From contig CM059432.1 in NCBI GenBank assembly GCA_030390025.1, positions 28,026,001 through 28,090,000 on the forward strand: a stretch of DNA of 64,000 bases, read 5' to 3'. Both the position numbers and the translations under genes were made by a program. Below, one piece after another: positions 62,110-64,000 of this stretch (positions are counted from its first letter, which is position 1; every line of letters begins with the position of its first letter). This DNA is from Squalus acanthias (taxonomy: Eukaryota). The notes below the pieces were generated by a model. That model was not told the DNA's origin. It did not search any database and saw nothing but the letters and a program-made list of their open reading frames with translations.

Positions 62110-62287
62110 GCAGCACACACCAACCCAAACACCCCACCCACCCGCCCCTTCAACCACCGTCTGCCCCACCTGTGACAGAGACTGTAGGTCCCGCATTGGG
62201 CTCATCAGTCACCTGAGAACTCATTTTTAGTGTGGAAGCAAGTCATCCTCGGTTCCGAGGGACTGCTTAAGAAGAAGAAGAAGAAGA
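62110..62287 (+). mobile_element. RTE-clade LINE 3' end
   Basis: C2H2-like terminus CPTCDRDCRSRIGLISHLRTHF*, a short 3' UTR and an (AAG)n tail. Confidence 0.7.
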
Positions 62288-62797
62288 TAAAGTGCTTAGG
62301 TAGCTCATTGAAGCTTTATAAATTAATGTTGAGTCTTCTAATGTTAGGATAAAATGGACACTGCTGCCTGTTCTTAAAATATAAAAAAATTAGTCTGTAA
62401 AACACACCTACAGAGGTTTCCTGATAGGAAGGAGTGCAAGACACAACCTACAGTATAACTATAGTCTTGCTCATTTTGCTTTGCTCTCAACAGCCACTGA
62501 TCTCAGTGGATTGTAACTGAAGCCTAAATTAACTATTTTATGTATCTAATCTATCTTTTTCAGCATTTACCTAACCTTAAAAATAACCCTAAAATCGTTT
62601 ACTTTCTTCTGCCTCCAAGCTCTTGCTGTTCACCTAAGACAGAAAAAAATCATTAAAAAAAAATCTGGATTTGCATTGGCTGAGAAACTGTTTAAAAGTG
62701 TTTATTTAACCAATCAAAAGCATAGAATGTATAGATTGTCCTGGTTGTATCATGCATGACCAAAGGACAACCTATAGAATGTAATGTGCTCACTGCA

Positions 62798-63244
62798 GGC
62801 AACAGTGTGCGCTCAGGGGTATCACTCTCGCCTCTGAGTTAGAAGATCGTGGGTTCAAATCCCACTCCAGAGACTGCAGCACATAATCTAGGCTAACACT
62901 TTAGTGCAGTACTGAGGGCGTACTGCACTGTTGGAGGAGACGTTACACCTAGGCCCCATTTGCCCTCTCAGATGGATGCAAAAGATCCCACGGCATTATT
63001 TGCAGAAGAGCAGAGGAGTTCGCCCCAGTATCCTGGCCAATATTTATCCCTCAACTAACATCATTAAAGCAGATTATCTTGTCATTATCTCATTGCTGTT
63101 TGTGGAAGCTTGCTGTGCGAATTAGCTGCCACATTTCCTACATTGCAACAGTGACTACACTTCAAAAGTACTTCATTGGCTGCAAAACACTTTGGACATC
63201 CTGAGGTTGTGAAAAGTGCTATATTAACGCAAGTTCTTTCTTTT
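62798..63244 (+). mobile_element. tRNA-derived Deu-domain SINE (SacSINE1-like) with L2-type tail
   Basis: A-box-like gctcaggggta, B-box gggttcaaatccc (62851-62863), Deu-like core aggcccc.tttgccctctcagatggatg.aaaagatccca.ggca.tattt..gaagagcag, tail gcaagttctttctttt. Confidence 0.78.
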
Positions 63245-63919
63245 AACAGGAGGTGGCTCAAATACCCAGAAATAAATAACAGCAGTTGCAATTCATGAGG
63301 TTTTGACCTCTTATAAATAGAGGTTTATTGTTGACCACAGAGGCTTCTACGATATGATTGGAGCAAAGACTACAATAACCTGGACATCATTTAGAAGATT
63401 GATAAGGAGCAGCTTAGAAAACAAGTATGAAGGGCTCTCAGTGTCTTACAGGTCTGGTTGATGATAACATAAGACTGCAGGAATGAGAAATAGATATTTT
63501 ACCCATAAAGCTGCTCTGTCATCCAGGATTTGCTTGATGTCCTGCGCAATACGTGATCTATCAGGCTATTTAAGGTGACAGGATAAGACAAGAACTCTGC
63601 GGATGTGGCTCTAAATGTGGCCTTGAGATTCCCTCTCTCACCAGTGCAGGAGTCTGATAAGAGGTCAACAGAAACTTGGGTCAGACCACCTGCACAAGTG
63701 GCAAGCCTCCTTCAGACAAAAGGGGGGGAAGGGATTGGAACTTCCTGTTGAGTCAACCACAAGACAAAAAGCGAGCACGTTACTGAAGCACAAAAGCCGC
63801 AGAGAGTATGCACGCCCAAGTTATGTCTACACAGATCAGATGTATGAAAATCCCAGCTGAGTAGAAAGAATTCATTCTAAAAATACCTTGTATCCAACTG
63901 GTCTTTGGTCCTGAGAAAA

Positions 63920-64000
63920 AAAAGAAAGACTTGCATTTATACAGCGCCTTTTGTGAGCGCAGGACGTCCCAAAATGCTTTACAGTCAATGAAGTACTTTT
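63920..64000 (-). mobile_element. 3' tail of another SINE of the same family, cut by the window edge
   Basis: aagaaagacttgcattt...caatgaagtactttt is similar to the reverse complement of 63163-63244. Confidence 0.65.

Noticed and set aside
62798..62870. tRNA gene
   Set aside because: A and B boxes continue directly into a SINE core and tail; no complete cloverleaf is evident.

Overview
Vertebrate genomic DNA, most likely from a cartilaginous fish (inferred from SacSINE1-like Deu-domain SINEs, esterase-ORF1 CR1 LINEs and the divergent thyroglobulin sequence). The window is almost entirely intronic. It carries two minus-strand phase-0 coding exons of thyroglobulin (TG, cholinesterase-like domain; 165 and 168 bp, matching human exons 42 and 43). 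The rest is dense with transposable elements: several CR1 LINEs (three with a near-intact ORF2 carrying a single lesion), an older CR1/L2-clade LINE, Penelope-like elements (PLEs) with minimal hammerhead ribozyme motifs, a decayed autonomous PIF/Harbinger element, a Harbinger Myb/SANT gene relic, many Harbinger-type MITEs, TA-flanked Tigger-like MITEs, a hAT-type MITE, an RTE 3' end and SINEs. The most unusual structure is a 3.6-kb composite (33005-36621): a nearly intact CR1 enclosed between two inverted hammerhead-bearing PLE termini, the whole bounded by one 16-bp target-site duplication (TSD). A perfect 78-bp-arm palindromic mini-PLE with a hammerhead motif on each strand lies at 13724-13951. 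Coordinates were counted by hand; boundaries of degraded repeats are approximate.
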